64,000 nt of DNA from Diplonema japonicum (lineage: Eukaryota; Protista; Euglenozoa: Diplonemea). The notes beneath the pieces are model-generated. The model saw nothing but the letters and a program-made list of their open reading frames with translations. It made no database searches and was not told the DNA's origin. The position numbers and the translations under genes are program-made. The DNA lies in assembly GCA_964019335.1 (NCBI GenBank), contig OZ025662.1:62001-126000 (forward strand), given 5' to 3'. Positions 61,649 to 64,000 of this stretch are shown piece after piece. The number at the start of each line of letters is the position of its first letter. Position 1 is the first letter of the stretch.

Positions 61649-64000
61649 AGGGGCCCCGCAGAACAGGGGGAGCAGCAGATCCACGACCATGCTCCCTCTC
61701 CTAGTCTCCCTCGCATCCTCCCAAGGAGACTCCTACCTCTCTGTTTCTTCACCGACTTCTCTGCACTGATCCCCACCCTACTCGGGAGGATGTCCGTCAG
61801 GGACCTGTTGGGGCTGCTTGGGCTGGTCGAAACAAACCCTGGCCCACCCAAGAAGCTGCCGCCCCCGTCGCCTAAGGGTCTCAAGGTTGTCTCGTGGAAC
61901 TGCAACGGCCTCGTTGCGAAATGGACCGTCGTATCTCGCCATGCTGACTTCTTGTCGCTGGACATCATCATGATACAGGAGACGCACCTGAGGGAAGGGC
62001 ACGACACGCCACACCTGCCTGGGTACAGGTCATACAGGAGGGATCGGTTGACACCGGTGACTGACGGCACTGCGACGAGGGGTGGTGGTATTGTCACGTA
62101 TGTCCGCGACGATCTTGCCTCGGAGGAGGTTCCGCACGTACTCCCGGCTGGGGACTGTGTCACTGAGAGACTGGATGTGAGGATCTCCTGCGAGAAGCGT
62201 GAGCCGATCACTCTCTCCAACGTTTACCTTACACCGGTAAGCGCGAGCAGAGGCACGAGGGACCCTGAGTACCTGCGGCCTGGCAGCCTTCCCATGGGGA
62301 AGAACACAGTCATAGCGGGTGACTTCAATGCTCACCACAGCTCCTGGGACGCCACGGTGACGACGCCGAACGAGAGGGGGAACGTGGTCAGGGACTGGCT
62401 GGACACCCACGGGTACTCCGTCTACAACGACCGCAACGAACCGACGAGGGACTCGTCACGACACGTTCTGGACCTGGTTGTGGGGCGCTGCGCGAAGCTT
62501 GAGCCGAAGACGCTGGGCACGTGGGGCTCCGATCATAGTCCCGTATCCTTTCACCTGCCTCTTGAGGACGTCTACCGTTCGGAGCGCCCCTTCCCCACCT
62601 GGAATTTCAAAAAAGCCAGATGGGATGACTACACTGCTGCTGTTGCCCGCCTGCTTGCTGGTGTTGACACGGCGGCTCCGATTGACTCTGTCACGAAGGG
62701 GTTTACACAAGCCCTTTTGACTGCGGCGAACGACCACATTCCCCTCTGTGGGATGCGACGTGGCCCGACCCCCTGGTGGACTGCTGAGCTCGAGGACGCC
62801 TTCGAAGAGCGGAACACCCTGCGCGAACTCCTGCTTCAAGAGGCGGACGTGGTGGTGGAGGAGTACAGGGCGAAGGTGAAGGAAGTCAACCGACTCCTTG
62901 ACGAGACGAAGCGTGAGGCATGGGGAAGGATGGCGGCCGACCTCAGCCGGAGCAAGGACCTCGGGGCTGCGTTCAGAGCGGTGAAGAAGCTGGACGGCAG
63001 GCACCGAAAGACACACCTTCCTGTACTCGAGGGAAGATTTGTGTCGGACAAGGCGAAGGCCGACCGGCTGGGGGCGCACTTCGCTAAGCTCTACGGCAGG
63101 CGTGGTGACGGGAACTCGAAGGACGCCGCTCCTTCTGCAAGCAGACTCGGGTGTCAAGCCTTCACCGTGGACGACCTCACCCGCGGCCTGAGAAGGATGA
63201 AGACGCGCAGCGCGGCCGGGGAAGACGGAATCTTCTCGGAGATGCTCCTACACCTGAACACGGACTCCCTCGGTGTCCTCCTTCTACTCCTCAATCGCTC
63301 CTGGCTGATGGGTGTCGTCCCCGGTGCCTGGAAGAAGGGAGTGATCGTCCCGGTACCGAAACCTGGAAAAGATGCGACTCTCTTGGCTTCCTACCGGCCG
63401 ATCTGCCTGACCAGCTGCCTCTGCAAGCTGCTGGAGAGGATGATCGAGGAGAGGCTCACGTTTCTTCTTGACGCGGACGGGACGGGAGTCGAGGGACTCC
63501 ACGACAGCCAGGCTGGTTTCAGACGCGGCCGCTCCACGGAGGAGCAGGTGGCAACCCTCACTGAGTGCATGTCGAGGAACAAAGACGATCGACGTCTCTC
63601 GGCCGCTCTGCTGTTCGACTTCTCTTCTGCCTTCGACCTGGTGCCCCATGGTGCCCTGCTGGACAAGATGCGAGGGAAGGGTCTCCCCGAACCCTTCGTG
63701 GAGTGGACGCGGTCCTTTCTATGCGGCCGTACTGCTGCGGTCACGATTGGACGGTCGAGGGGGTCAACGACGAAGGTGCGACGGGGTGTCCCCCAGGGCT
63801 CTGTCTTGGGTCCCATCCTGTACACCATCTACGTCGACGAACTCGCCAGGAGACTGGAGGGACTGGCGGACGTCTCGGTGCTCTACGCCGACGACGTGGC
63901 GGTTGTGATCTCCTCTGGACAAGGGGACGTGGCTGGGCTGGAGCGGAAGGCGCAGGCGGTGGTGGATGCGGTTGAGGACTGGTGCAGGGAGCGTGACATG
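61649..64000 (+). CDS. Family-B LINE ORF2 (2A-like, APE, RT), partial; absent from the ORF track because it has no stop in the window
   Basis: GLVETNPGP (ends 61846), SWNCNGL, IQETHL, AGDFNAHH, GSDH, YRPICLTS, QAGFRRGRS, GVPQGSVLGP and YADD at 63884. Frame spot-checked at 63062 and 63884. First ATG is at 61790. Confidence 0.92.
61665..61731 (+). promoter_or_regulatory. Conserved tandem stem-loops 3' of the ORF1 UGA (candidate readthrough stimulator); homologue at 55089-55154
   Basis: 10-bp stem 61665-61674/61690-61699 with two compensatory pairs relative to B1; second stem AGTCTCC/GGAGACT. Confidence 0.7.

Larger units (their letters stand above)
58755..64000 (+). mobile_element. Family-B non-LTR retrotransposon (B2), apparently intact, runs off the window
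   Basis: 950-aa ORF1 followed in the same frame by an APE-RT ORF2 that appears open to the end of the window. Confidence 0.92.

Noticed and set aside
1-64000. CRISPR array, rRNA or spliced-leader RNA gene
   Set aside because: No regularly spaced repeats, rRNA motifs or euglenozoan SL exon recognised.

Overview
Eukaryotic protist nuclear DNA, most likely a euglenozoan of diplonemid type. This is inferred from a BILBO1-like gene, a receptor-type class III cyclase, Ingi-like LINEs, a unidirectional gene array with CAG acceptors just upstream of ATGs, and short GT-AG introns. Bases 1.4-45.4 kb hold about 21 host genes, all on the minus strand. They encode a PPR protein, galactose mutarotase, a giant ankyrin/LRR protein, a CANT1-type apyrase, WD40 proteins, an SLC35A-type transporter, an SGNH-like protein, a BILBO1-like protein, an RBBP4-like protein, a cyclase, coiled-coil proteins and an unusual SPX-choline/ethanolamine kinase fusion. 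A decayed Crypton-like element with a long hairpin sits at 0.5-1.0 kb. From 45.5 kb to the end is a mostly plus-strand pile of non-LTR retrotransposons (APE-RT-RNase H) from two families, centred on a tRNA-Phe gene. The most striking signal is how both families seem to express ORF2. In family B, ORF1 and ORF2 are in frame and separated by a single UGA, which is followed by a covarying stem-loop, a conserved peptide and a 2A-like NPGP motif (candidate readthrough plus StopGo). In family A, ORF2 has no AUG, overlaps ORF1 in the +1 frame and carries a canonical 2A. All product calls come from motif recognition by eye; no searches were run.
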